A stretch of DNA of 24,000 bases, from positions 3,374,767 through 3,398,766 of the forward strand of contig CAUVYB020000002.1 in NCBI GenBank assembly GCA_963556075.3, written 5' to 3'. Both the position numbers and the translations under genes were made by a program. Source of the stretch: Oceanispirochaeta sp. (GTDB lineage Bacteria; Spirochaetota; Spirochaetia; DSM-2461). Under the pieces are notes generated by a model that was given only the letters and a program-made list of their open reading frames with translations, searched no databases and had not been told where the DNA came from. Positions 8,238 to 17,600 of the stretch are shown here, piece after piece (position 1 is the first letter of the stretch; each line of letters begins with the position of its first letter).

Positions 8238-8630
8238 ATGTTCACGAATGAAGAACGGTTTTCGCAGCTTTATGAACTTGAGGGATGTCTGATAGTCCCT
8301 TTTCACGAGGATATGAATGCGGGGAATATCCCTCCTTTGAGGGACAGCGTCCTGAATATGATGGCAAAGACAGGATCTTTTCGTGTGATACTGGATATGA
8401 CTTCCGTTGCCGTGATCAACAGCAGAACATTCCAGATGATTCTTGAAATGGCGGATATGGTCAGGATGATGGGAGGAGAGGCGGTCTTTACGGGCATACA
8501 GCCGGGGGTCGCCTCGGTTCTGGTAGATCTTGCGGTGAATACGGAAAGGCTGAAGACGGCTTCTTCCATAAATGAGGGGATCTCTCAGTTTCGTGAATCC
8601 TCCCGGATTTTCGGACTGAAGGATGCCTAG
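8238..8630 (+). CDS. rsbS: RsbS-like single STAS-domain stressosome scaffold protein
   Basis: 130 aa: ...CLIVPFHEDMNAGNIPPLRDSVLNMMAKTGSFRVILDMTSVAVINSRTFQMILEMADMVRMMGGEAVFTGIQPGVASVLVDL. This is a STAS fold pattern with a Ser (INS) at the position of the RsbS phosphoserine. The gene starts 3 nt after the rsbR-like stop. Confidence 0.88.
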   Translation: MFTNEERFSQLYELEGCLIVPFHEDMNAGNIPPLRDSVLNMMAKTGSFRVILDMTSVAVINSRTFQMILEMADMVRMMGGEAVFTGIQPGVASVLVDLAVNTERLKTASSINEGISQFRESSRIFGLKDA

Positions 8631-8639
8631 GAGCCGGAA

Positions 8640-9035
8640 ATGATTTGCTATGAAGTGGAAGACTCGGCGGACAGGGCCCATGTTCTTCTGTCTGTCAAAG
8701 AATTCTGCGTTCAGGCGGGATTCAACGAGATTCAGAGCGTCCTTGTCACCACCGCCGTTTCCGAGCTTATTACCAATATGATCAAGTATGCCGGCAGGGG
8801 CCGCATCGGCATGGATCAGGTCAGTAACGGGACAAACCGGGGCGTTCGTATTCTGGCGGAAGATGACGGGCCGGGAATATCGGATATCGAGATGGCGTTG
8901 AGGGAGAGTTACTCCTCGGGGGAGAGCCTCGGTCTGGGGCTTCCCAGTGTGAAAAGGATCATGGACAGCTTCGAGATCACATCGGCTCCGGGGAAGGGAA
9001 CCACGGTTCTGACTGTGAAATGGAGAGAACTGTAA
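8640..9035 (+). CDS. rsbT: RsbT-like GHKL serine protein kinase (anti-sigma-kinase family, HATPase_c_2 type)
   Basis: 131 aa with an N-box (AVSELITNMIKYA), a G1 motif (AEDDGPGI) and a G2 motif (GLGLPSVKRI). It has the size and position (after R and S) typical of RsbT. An AGGAG RBS lies 6 nt upstream of ATG 8640. Confidence 0.88.
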   Translation: MICYEVEDSADRAHVLLSVKEFCVQAGFNEIQSVLVTTAVSELITNMIKYAGRGRIGMDQVSNGTNRGVRILAEDDGPGISDIEMALRESYSSGESLGLGLPSVKRIMDSFEITSAPGKGTTVLTVKWREL

Positions 9036-9628
9036 TGTATGAATACGATACTGCCATGATCAGGGATGCACTGACCGGGAACAGCGACGAGTGCGGAGAC
9101 GACGGGATCATTATTGAAGAGGAGAGGACGCTCTTTGTGGCTCTTATGGACGCCCTGGGTCATGGAAGGGAGGCGCATAAAGTGGTCTCTCAGGCCGGTG
9201 ACTATATCAGGCAACACTTTCGGGAGGAGTTGACCGTCATACTCTCCGGACTGAACGATCATATGCAGGGAACCCGCGGCCTGGTGGCCGGATTGTGCCG
9301 GATAAGCAGAGACGACGGAAGCATTCAGTTTTCGGGAATCGGAAACATTTCCACCAGAATCCACGGGAAAGAAAACTACGCTTTCCGTCCCCGGGAGGGA
9401 ATCGTCGGATACCTGATGCCTCATCCCCGGAGGCTGCAGTATGACCTGGCTCCCGGAGATATACTGATTCTGAGCTCCGACGGTATTAAAGAGCGTTTGC
9501 CGCTGATCGATAAACCGGACCTGCTTCAGGGATCATCCAAAGAAATCGCATACCGGCTGATCAGGGAGTTGAGAAACCGCGACGATGCATCCTGTCTTGT
9601 GGTGAGGTGCCGAAAATGCAGATTATAG
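9035..9628 (+). CDS. rsbX: RsbX-like PP2C/SpoIIE-family serine phosphatase (feedback phosphatase of the module)
   Basis: [32 protein letters not shown]...GTRGLVAGL...ILSSDGIKE...DDASCLVV shows PP2C-type metal-binding Asp motifs and is RsbX-sized. ATG 9035 shares one nt with the rsbT-like TAA (TAATG). An in-frame ATG at 9020 is the alternative start. Confidence 0.8.
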   Translation: MYEYDTAMIRDALTGNSDECGDDGIIIEEERTLFVALMDALGHGREAHKVVSQAGDYIRQHFREELTVILSGLNDHMQGTRGLVAGLCRISRDDGSIQFSGIGNISTRIHGKENYAFRPREGIVGYLMPHPRRLQYDLAPGDILILSSDGIKERLPLIDKPDLLQGSSKEIAYRLIRELRNRDDASCLVVRCRKCRL

Positions 9629-12600
9629 GATCATTTAAAAAAGAGGAAATGTCCACTCTGACCCATGCCCGGAAAAAGCTGCTTTACCTTTCCCGTGATC
9701 TCGGTTTCTCTCATATCGGTTCGGCGCGGATCGCTTCGGCCTTTTCAGACCTTGTTCTGACGGATGAGAAAGATCTTATCCTTTCTGATACCCGGATCCT
9801 TCTCGGCAGGAAAGAGAATGCAGACTGCCTGATCCTTACAATCAGTCCCTGTAATCCGGAAATGACAGCCGAAGTGGCGGCTAAGCTCTTTTCCGGGTAT
9901 GAAAAGAAATCCGGAACAGCGGCATCGTCCGCTCTTTCGGGCTGGTTTACCCTGCCGCACCGGGAAAAACAGATCCCTGCAGATCTGCTTGAACAGTGGC
10001 AGCAGAGTTTTGCCGAACCATCCCGGGAGTCTCTGCTTCTGCGGCTCCGTAAAAATAACAGAGACCTTGAAGAGCATGCGGATGACCTGAAAATCGCCAA
10101 AGACGAGGCGGTACGAAAATCCGATGAATTGAAGTCTCGTCTGGAGGACCTCTCCCATGCCCGGCGGGCCATGCTCAATATCATGGAGGATCTTGAAATC
10201 AGCAAAGCCGGTATGGCGGCTCTGATCGGAGCCTTTCCGGATCTTATCAATATCATTTCAGAAGAAGGGACGTTTAAAAAATCTTTTCTGGGTCAGAACC
10301 GCAAGGAGCCTCACAGCTTTTTCAGAAACTTTAAAAACGGCACCGACCTGGAGGGGATGAGCCTTCGGGCGGTCCTTCCGAAGAAAGTCGCAGAGAAGAT
10401 TCAGAGGGGGATCGATAGATGCCTGAAACTGAACAATGTCGTTTCCGTAGAGTACTCCCTGCCGCTGAACGGTAGAAAACACTGGTTCGACTCCCATTTT
10501 TCTCCCATGAAGGCTTCCGAGGGGAATCAGGATCAGCGTCTCGTGGTCGCGGTGACCAGGGATATTACGGCTATGAAAGCCATGACGGAAGAGCTGGCTG
10601 TCGCCAAGGAGGACGCCGAGGCGGCCACCCGGGCCAAAGGGGACTTCCTGGCCAATATGAGTCATGAAATAAGGACTCCCATGAATGCCATTATCGGCCT
10701 GAGCAGCCTTGTGTCCCGTACGGAGCTGGATCTCAAGCAGAAGGACTATATTGAAAAAATCGAACGGTCCGCCAAGAATCTTCTGGTCATCATCAACGAT
10801 ATTCTGGACTTCTCCAAGATCGAAGCGGGTAAGATGGACATCGAAGAGACCGACTTCCTGCTGAACGATGTGCTTGACAACCTCTCCAACCTGATCGGTG
10901 AGAAGGTGAGGGCCCGGGGACTGGAACTGATTTTCCGTCAGGATCTGGAGATTCCCACCAGTTTGAAAGGGGATCCCCTCCGCCTGGGTCAGATCCTGCT
11001 GAACCTCTGCAACAATGCGGTCAAATTTACAGAAGCAGGACAGATCGAGGTCAATATCAAGCTGGAAAAACAGACTGATGAGGAGGCGCTGATCCGATTT
11101 GAAGTCTCCGATACGGGTATTGGCTTGACAGAAGACCAGCAGAAGAGGCTATTCCAGTCCTTTTCTCAGGCCGATACATCAACGACCCGCAAGTACGGCG
11201 GGACCGGCCTGGGTCTTGCCATCAGCAAAAAACTGTCCGAGCTTATGGGTGGGGGAATCGGCGTTGTCAGTGAGTATGGAAAAGGCAGTACCTTTTTCTT
11301 TACCGTTAAACTCAAGATCGGATGCGCCAGGGTCAACCGGATGGCTCCGGAGGATCTGAAGGGCGTCAGGGTTCTGGTTGTGGATGACAATGAATCGGCA
11401 AGAGATGTGCTGAACTCCTATCTGGAGGATTTCTCTTTTCTCTCCAAGGGTGTCGCAAGCGGAGAGCTGGCCCTGAGGGAATTGAACCAGGTCAAGGCTT
11501 CAGAGAACTTTGAGTACGATCTTGTGCTGATGGATTACCAGATGCCCGGTATGAACGGTTTTGAAGCCGTACAGAGAATCCGAAGGGATCTGGAGAATGT
11601 TAAACAGCCTAAAATCATTATGGTAACCGGCTTCGGCCGGGAAGAAATTATGCATAAGGCCGAGGACGGTCTGCTGGACGGTTTCCTGATTAAGCCGGTC
11701 AGTCCGTCCATGCTTTTTGACTGCATAATGCAGGTTTTCGGCAAGACGACGGTCTCCGCCATAAAAAAGAGACGGAATGAAAAGTACAAACCCGAGGGAT
11801 TTGAAAATATTCGGGGGGCCCGTATCCTTCTGGCAGAGGACAACGAAATCAATCAGCAGGTAGCAAAAGAAACTCTGGAACAGGAAGGCTTTTATATTGA
11901 TGTGGTCAATAACGGCAGAGAGGCGGCGGAAGCGGTCGGTCCGGAGTACGACTGCATCCTTATGGATCTGCAGATGCCGGTCATGGATGGTTATGAAGCG
12001 ACCGGAGCGATCCGTTCCCGGAAAGAGTATGAGGGACTGCCGGTTATCGCCATGACAGCCGATGCCATGGTGGGTGTGAAGGAAAGAGTGCTGAAGGCCG
12101 GAATGAACGACTATGTGACAAAACCCTTCAACCCCGAAGAGCTTTGGGAGACTCTGGTCCGCTGGATCAAACCGGGACAGCGGACTCTGCCTGACTCTTT
12201 TACACGGACCGGGGATGATAAAGCCGGGGCTCAAAAAGAGTTCGTCATCCCCGAGATCGAGAGGATCGATGTCAGCGACGGTCTGCGGAGACTCGGAGGA
12301 AACAGAGCCCTCTATCTGAATCTGCTGAGGAAGTTCTGCGAAGAATTTGAGCAGTCTGCTGAGGATATAAAAAGCAGCCTGGAGAGGAATCAGCGGGAAA
12401 GGGCCGAACGGGTGGCCCATACGGTGAAAGGCGCAGCGGGCAACCTGGGGGCCCGGGAACTACAGAATGCGGCAGCCAGACTGAACGCTATAATCAAAGA
12501 GAAACAGATCGATCGCTATGATGAGCTACTGGACGATTTCAACAGGGAGCTCACATTTCTCCTCAAGGCTATAGAGAACGCGGGCATCCGGGAAAGGGGA

Positions 12601-12873
12601 TCGGAAAAGGAGAGCCCTCAGAAGGAGCTCAGTGATTGTCAGTGGATTTCCCGTCTGAGAGAAATGACGCCGCTGGTAAAAAAACGACAGCCCAGGAAGG
12701 TTCTGGAGATTCTGAAAGAGTTGCAGGACTGCCGGACTCCGGAAGGAACCGAAGAACTCTTCAGGAGGCTGCAGAATCAGTTGAAGTCCTATCATTTCAA
12801 GGATGCGTCCCTCTCTATCGAGGCTCTGATAGAGACACTGGATGCCGGTCCGAAAGGATTGAACCGTGAATGA
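9616..12873 (+). CDS. Soluble hybrid sensor histidine kinase: unassigned N-terminal domain, coiled coil, PAS-like domain, HisKA, HATPase_c, REC, REC, HPt
   Basis: ATG 9616 has GAGGTG 6 nt upstream and overlaps the rsbX-like stop by 13 nt. No TM segments are seen. Motifs read:
- HisKA: [16 protein letters not shown].
- HATPase_c: NNAVKFT, DTGIGL, GGTGLGL.
- REC1: [10 protein letters not shown]...[11 protein letters not shown]...IMVTG...IKPV.
- REC2: [10 protein letters not shown]...[11 protein letters not shown]...AMTADA...TKPF.
- HPt: [12 protein letters not shown]. Confidence 0.93.
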   Translation: MQIIGSFKKEEMSTLTHARKKLLYLSRDLGFSHIGSARIASAFSDLVLTDEKDLILSDTRILLGRKENADCLILTISPCNPEMTAEVAAKLFSGYEKKSGTAASSALSGWFTLPHREKQIPADLLEQWQQSFAEPSRESLLLRLRKNNRDLEEHADDLKIAKDEAVRKSDELKSRLEDLSHARRAMLNIMEDLEISKAGMAALIGAFPDLINIISEEGTFKKSFLGQNRKEPHSFFRNFKNGTDLEGMSLRAVLPKKVAEKIQRGIDRCLKLNNVVSVEYSLPLNGRKHWFDSHFSPMKASEGNQDQRLVVAVTRDITAMKAMTEELAVAKEDAEAATRAKGDFLANMSHEIRTPMNAIIGLSSLVSRTELDLKQKDYIEKIERSAKNLLVIINDILDFSKIEAGKMDIEETDFLLNDVLDNLSNLIGEKVRARGLELIFRQDLEIPTSLKGDPLRLGQILLNLCNNAVKFTEAGQIEVNIKLEKQTDEEALIRFEVSDTGIGLTEDQQKRLFQSFSQADTSTTRKYGGTGLGLAISKKLSELMGGGIGVVSEYGKGSTFFFTVKLKIGCARVNRMAPEDLKGVRVLVVDDNESARDVLNSYLEDFSFLSKGVASGELALRELNQVKASENFEYDLVLMDYQMPGMNGFEAVQRIRRDLENVKQPKIIMVTGFGREEIMHKAEDGLLDGFLIKPVSPSMLFDCIMQVFGKTTVSAIKKRRNEKYKPEGFENIRGARILLAEDNEINQQVAKETLEQEGFYIDVVNNGREAAEAVGPEYDCILMDLQMPVMDGYEATGAIRSRKEYEGLPVIAMTADAMVGVKERVLKAGMNDYVTKPFNPEELWETLVRWIKPGQRTLPDSFTRTGDDKAGAQKEFVIPEIERIDVSDGLRRLGGNRALYLNLLRKFCEEFEQSAEDIKSSLERNQRERAERVAHTVKGAAGNLGARELQNAAARLNAIIKEKQIDRYDELLDDFNRELTFLLKAIENAGIRERGSEKESPQKELSDCQWISRLREMTPLVKKRQPRKVLEILKELQDCRTPEGTEELFRRLQNQLKSYHFKDASLSIEALIETLDAGPKGLNRE

Positions 12874-13483
12874 AGCGCTGGACAGATTAAGCTGTTTTGA
12901 TACGGAGGACGGCCTGAAGAGGCTCGGCGGTTCACGAGAGTTTATGGTTGAACTTCTATATCATTTCATCCTTGAGTTTTCAGCTGCGGCGGATGAGTAT
13001 GAACGCCTTATGGAAGAGGGAAAACGGGATCCCGCCATACGCCTCATCCATTCGGTCAAGGGAGCCGCGGGGAATCTGGGGGCTAAACAGCTGCAGGCGT
13101 CGGCGTCGGCTCTTGAGGAGGATCTGAAAAGGAAGGATCTGGCGGGGGCGGAGAGGCTCTTTGTCCTCTTTGCCGGAGATCTGAAAGAGGCCCTGGAGGA
13201 CATACGCCGTTCCGGCATAGAGGATCTTTGGGGAGGACGCGGAAAGAGTCCGGGAGATGAGGCTTTGCTTATGGGGCTTTTATCTCAATTCAAGGCCTAT
13301 GCCGAAGCTGGGCAGATGAAAAGCGCCCGGAAAATAGTCCGGGATCTTGAGCTCTACCACTGGCCCGATGAGGCCGGCAGGACGGTGGATGCCATCCGCT
13401 CCCTTATGAAATGCTATAAAATAAAGGATGCTGCTCAGGCAGCAGATCAGCTCCTGGAGGAGCTGGTCGGTGATGTTATATGA
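12866..13483 (+). CDS. Stand-alone histidine phosphotransfer (HPt) protein with a C-terminal helical extension
   Basis: 205 aa with the HPt signature [16 protein letters not shown] and the upstream [16 protein letters not shown] pattern. Both are also present in the HPt domains of the two hybrid kinases. The GTG start overlaps the kinase stop by 8 nt, and its stop overlaps the next ATG (ATGA). Confidence 0.85.
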   Translation: MNEALDRLSCFDTEDGLKRLGGSREFMVELLYHFILEFSAAADEYERLMEEGKRDPAIRLIHSVKGAAGNLGAKQLQASASALEEDLKRKDLAGAERLFVLFAGDLKEALEDIRRSGIEDLWGGRGKSPGDEALLMGLLSQFKAYAEAGQMKSARKIVRDLELYHWPDEAGRTVDAIRSLMKCYKIKDAAQAADQLLEELVGDVI

Positions 13484-14619
13484 AACAGAAGAACCAGTCC
13501 CTGATTGAACATGCCACCCTTCTGATTGTGGATGACACCCCTCAGAACATCGATATCCTGGTGGAGACACTGGCAGAAAAATACGAGCTCCTGGTGGCTA
13601 CCGACGGCCGGGAGGCGCTGGAATCTGTGGAGGAGCAGCAGCCGGATCTTGTTCTTCTGGATATTGAGATGCCGGAGATGAACGGCTTTGAGACCTGTCA
13701 GCGTCTCAAGGGCGATGAACGGACCAGGGATATTCCTGTCATTTTTCTGACGGCCAACTCGGAGATTGATCAAAAGACAAAGGGATTCCGTCTCGGGGCG
13801 GTGGACTATATCACCAAGCCTTTTGATATACAGGAAATTCAGGCTCGGGTTGAGACTCAGCTTTCCGTTAAGATGGCCCGGGACGTTCTTAAAAACCAGA
13901 AAAATCTACTGGAAAACATGGTGCGCAAGAGAACAAGAGAGGTGATTCAAACCCAGGAGATAACGATCCGTATGGCCGCCTCCCTGGCCGAAACCAGGGA
14001 CAATGAAACGGGGAACCATATTCTGAGGACCCAGCGTTACGTCCGGATTCTGGCCGAAGAGCTGAGCCGGCTGCCCCGGTTTGCCGGGGAGCTGACCCCC
14101 TCTAAGATCGATCTTCTTGTAAAGTCCGCCCCTCTGCACGACGTCGGCAAGATCGGCGTTCCCGATGCGGTCCTGCTGAAAACAGGAAAGCTGACCGACC
14201 GGGAGTTCGATGAGATGAAAAAACATACCCTCTACGGGAGGGAGGCCCTGGCAAAGGCCGAGGAGAGAGAGGGCCGGGATCAGCCCGGCAAATCCTTTCT
14301 CCGCTTCGCCCGTGAAATCGCCTACGGACATCATGAGAAGTGGAATGGAAGGGGGTATCCTGCAGGCCTTGAGGGCGAGGCCATTCCCCTGTCCTGCCGC
14401 ATCATGGCCATCGCCGACGTCTATGACGCTCTTATCTCTCCACGGGTTTACAAAAAGGCCTTCTCTCATGCCAGGGCCTGTTCCATTATCGAAGAGGAGA
14501 AGGGGAGCCATTTCGATCCCGCGGTGGCCCGCTGTTTTCTGGAGAATATGGGGCGTTTCCGTGACGTCGCCCTGGGATTCATCAATAATAGCGAGGAGAA
14601 AGCCGTATTTCTCGGCTGA
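13480..14619 (+). CDS. Response regulator with HD-GYP domain (RpfG-family c-di-GMP phosphodiesterase)
   Basis: REC: LLIVDDTPQNIDIL...LVLLDIEMPEMNGFE...VIFLTAN...ITKPFD. HD-GYP: LHDVGKIGVPD ... YGHHEKWNGRGYPAGL ... IADVYDALISPRVYK. Confidence 0.93.
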   Translation: MKQKNQSLIEHATLLIVDDTPQNIDILVETLAEKYELLVATDGREALESVEEQQPDLVLLDIEMPEMNGFETCQRLKGDERTRDIPVIFLTANSEIDQKTKGFRLGAVDYITKPFDIQEIQARVETQLSVKMARDVLKNQKNLLENMVRKRTREVIQTQEITIRMAASLAETRDNETGNHILRTQRYVRILAEELSRLPRFAGELTPSKIDLLVKSAPLHDVGKIGVPDAVLLKTGKLTDREFDEMKKHTLYGREALAKAEEREGRDQPGKSFLRFAREIAYGHHEKWNGRGYPAGLEGEAIPLSCRIMAIADVYDALISPRVYKKAFSHARACSIIEEEKGSHFDPAVARCFLENMGRFRDVALGFINNSEEKAVFLG

Positions 14620-14634
14620 CTCCCGGATCTACTC

Positions 14635-17600
14635 CTACTCGGTGATCAGAGTGATTCCCGTTTCGGGCAGAGGCTCTTTCTTCTGAAAATCCCTGTCCCT
14701 GCCTTCTGACTGCTCCAGCAGCTGTGCGTCAGTCCCGGAGCTCATCAGGGAGAGTACCACCGGCAGAACCGCCAGGGTCAGGAAAGTGCCGAAGATCAGC
14801 CCCCAGGCGATAGAGATGCCGATAGGTACCAGCATCTGGCCGCCCACGCTTTTCTGAAAGATCAGGGGCGTCAGACCGATGGAGGTGGTCAGGGTGGTCA
14901 TGATGATGGGGCGGAATCTCTGCACGGCGGCTTCCCGGATTGCCAGGGGCCGGGGAATACCGGCCCTGAGCTTCTTGTTGAAGCAGTCTATCAGCACCAC
15001 CGAATCGTTGACGATGATTCCCCCCAGGGCCACGGAGCCCAGGAAGGAGATAAAGGAAACCGGCTTTCCCATAATCATATGACCGTAGACGGCACCCAGA
15101 AAGCCCAGAGGAATAAGGCTCAGCACAAGAAGAGCCTGGCCCCAGGACTTCATCTGGAAGAGCAGGAGAGTGAACATCAACAGCAGGGCCAGGGCCATGC
15201 TGAAGAGCATGGAGCGGATCATCCTGTTCACCTGTTCCGCCTGCCCCCCCTGGCTCAGGCTGACCCCTTCGGTCCGGTTGAGTATTTCCGGGAGGATACG
15301 GCTGTTGATCTCGTTCATCACCACGTTGAGTTCCGCCTCTTCGCTGTCGATGCCCGCCATAACCCGGAGGGAGCGGTAGCCGTTCTCCCGCCGGATGCGC
15401 TGACGGCTCCTCTGAAGCCTGTAGTCGGCGATCTCCCTGAAAGGGATAAGGGCGCCCGAAGGGGTCTTTATCAATAGCTCCTCCACCCGGCTCAGAGAGT
15501 CCCGTTCGGCAAGAGGATAGCGGACAAGGACGGGAAGCTCGTTGCGGCCCTCCTGAATGCTCATGATTTCACTGCCGTAGAAGCCGCTGCGCAGCTGACC
15601 GCTCACGCCTGCCGTGGTCAGTCCTAGGGCTCTTCCCCTGTCGTTCAGGCTTATAACGAACTCCTTTTCTCCCAGAGGTGTATCGTCCCTGATGTCCTTG
15701 ACTCCGTCTATGCGGGTCAGCTCGTCCTTGAAGAGTTCGGCCGCCCGGCGGAGCTCTCTGTCCGACCGTCCCAGGAAGCGGATGGATATGGGGCTGCCTC
15801 CGAAGAGGGAGTCGTTGCCGATAAACATGGACTCCAGCACGGGATCATCGGGTATCTGTCTGGCCAGGGCGAGGGAAAACTCGTTGACCGTGAATTCCCT
15901 CTCCTTGTTGTCGATCAGGATCAGATAGATCCAGAGTTTGGTGCCGTTTCCCCAGGAGAGGTAGTCCACCACCGCGTTATCATGCTTCCTGTCATTCTCG
16001 GTCCATGACCTTCCGAAGTCCAGCATTAACGCCTCTGTCCTCTCCCTGAACTCATCCACCGTGGCGGCGGTGGTTCCCGCTGGAAAGCTGAACTCGGCGT
16101 AGACATAGGGCGATTCGATCTCCGGAAAAAAGGCCGCCTTGATATGCTGTCCCGCAAAGGCTCCGGCGGAGATCATCACCGCCGCTCCCAGAAGAGAGAG
16201 GATAAAGGGCCTGTGTCCCAGAGCAAAGTCCAGGAAGGGGGCGTAGATCCGGTTTACCAGAGTGTCCTGGGCCGCCAGAAGACGGGCGCGCAGAGCGCCG
16301 GGCCGTCTTGCCTTTTCGCTCAGGGCGGCGGAGTGGGAGAGGTGCGCGGGCAGCAGAATCACTGCTTCCACCAGAGAGAAGAGGAGGCTGATGATGACCA
16401 CCAGTCCTATCTGGCTGACGTATTTTCCCATCTCTCCGTAGATAAAGAAGTAGGGGGCAAAGGCAACGATGGTGGTGGCGATGGAAACAAGCACGGGGGA
16501 GAGAACCTCCATGGTGCCGTCAACGGCAGCCTGTTTCCGGCTCTTGCCCAGACGCTTCCAGTGGTCGTAGATGCTCTCACCGATGACGATCCCGTCATCC
16601 ACCAGGATGCCGATGATCATGATCATGCCGAAGAGGGACATCTCGTTGATGGTGATACCCATAACCCATTCCAGAAAGACCAGCCCCATAAAGGAGATGG
16701 GAATGCCCATGGCCACCCAGAAGGAAATGCGGGTATTCAGGAAGAGTCCCAGAATCAGCATGACCAGCAGCAGCCCTCCCAGGCCGCTGGCGGTCAGGGT
16801 TCCCAGACGCTCGTGCAGCTCATCCACATCCCGTATATAGGTCTGAAAAGTCACCTGATCCTGATAACGTTCCTGGAACTCAGGCAGTTTCTCATCCACG
16901 ATCTTAGAGATGGCCACCACATCCTCATCGTAGCCGTACATGATCTGCAGGCCTACGGCATTCCGTCCGTTGGCACGGGTGTAGACGGCGTTTTCGGCCC
17001 GTCCCCGGCGTATGGTGCAGATGTCCTTCAGTCTGAGGATGCGTCCGGAGTCAAGCACCTTTACAGGGAGCTCTTCAAACTCGGGGATCTCCCTCTTCTT
17101 TTCATAGGTCCGGATGCGGATCTGTTCGCTGTCTGTAAGGATGGAACCGGCCGATAGGTCGAGGCTTCCCGTCCGGACGGCGTATTCAATATCTTCCAGG
17201 CTCAGGCCGTAGCGTGTGAGTCTCTCCGGGCGTGGTTCCAGAATGATCTTTTCCCGAGGGAATCCCCAGGTTTCGATCTGCGTCAGCTCACCCGTGCGGA
17301 GCAGCTCCTCCCTGAACTCTTCGGCCACATCCTCCAGGAGTTTCGGATCATCGGGGCCGTAGATAAAAAGGAGCATGACCCGATTCCATTCGGTCTCCTG
17401 ATAGATGACCGGTTTGTCCGCATCTTCGGGCAGGCCGGCGGAATCCACCTCCTGGCGTACCTTGTCCATGATGCGGCCTATGTCGCTGCGGGACGAGGTT
17501 TCCAGGCCGAAATTCGCCCATCCGTCGGAGGCGGTGGAGCTGACCTTTTCAACCCCCTCTATGCCTCTGAGCCTCTCCTCCAGGGGCAGAACCAGTGCTT

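Noticed and set aside
7749-8681. 310-aa minus-strand ORF crossing the rsbR-, rsbS- and rsbT-like genes
   Set aside because: It spans three well-supported plus-strand genes and their junctions. It has no motifs and is an antisense shadow.
11500-12420. 306-aa minus-strand ORF inside the second hybrid kinase
   Set aside because: It is antisense to the REC2/HPt-encoding frame and has no recognisable domain.
16144-17157. 337-aa + strand ORF (H/D/G/Q-rich) inside the RND permease gene
   Set aside because: It is antisense to a well-supported 1049-aa RND frame. The composition is low-complexity and there is no start context.
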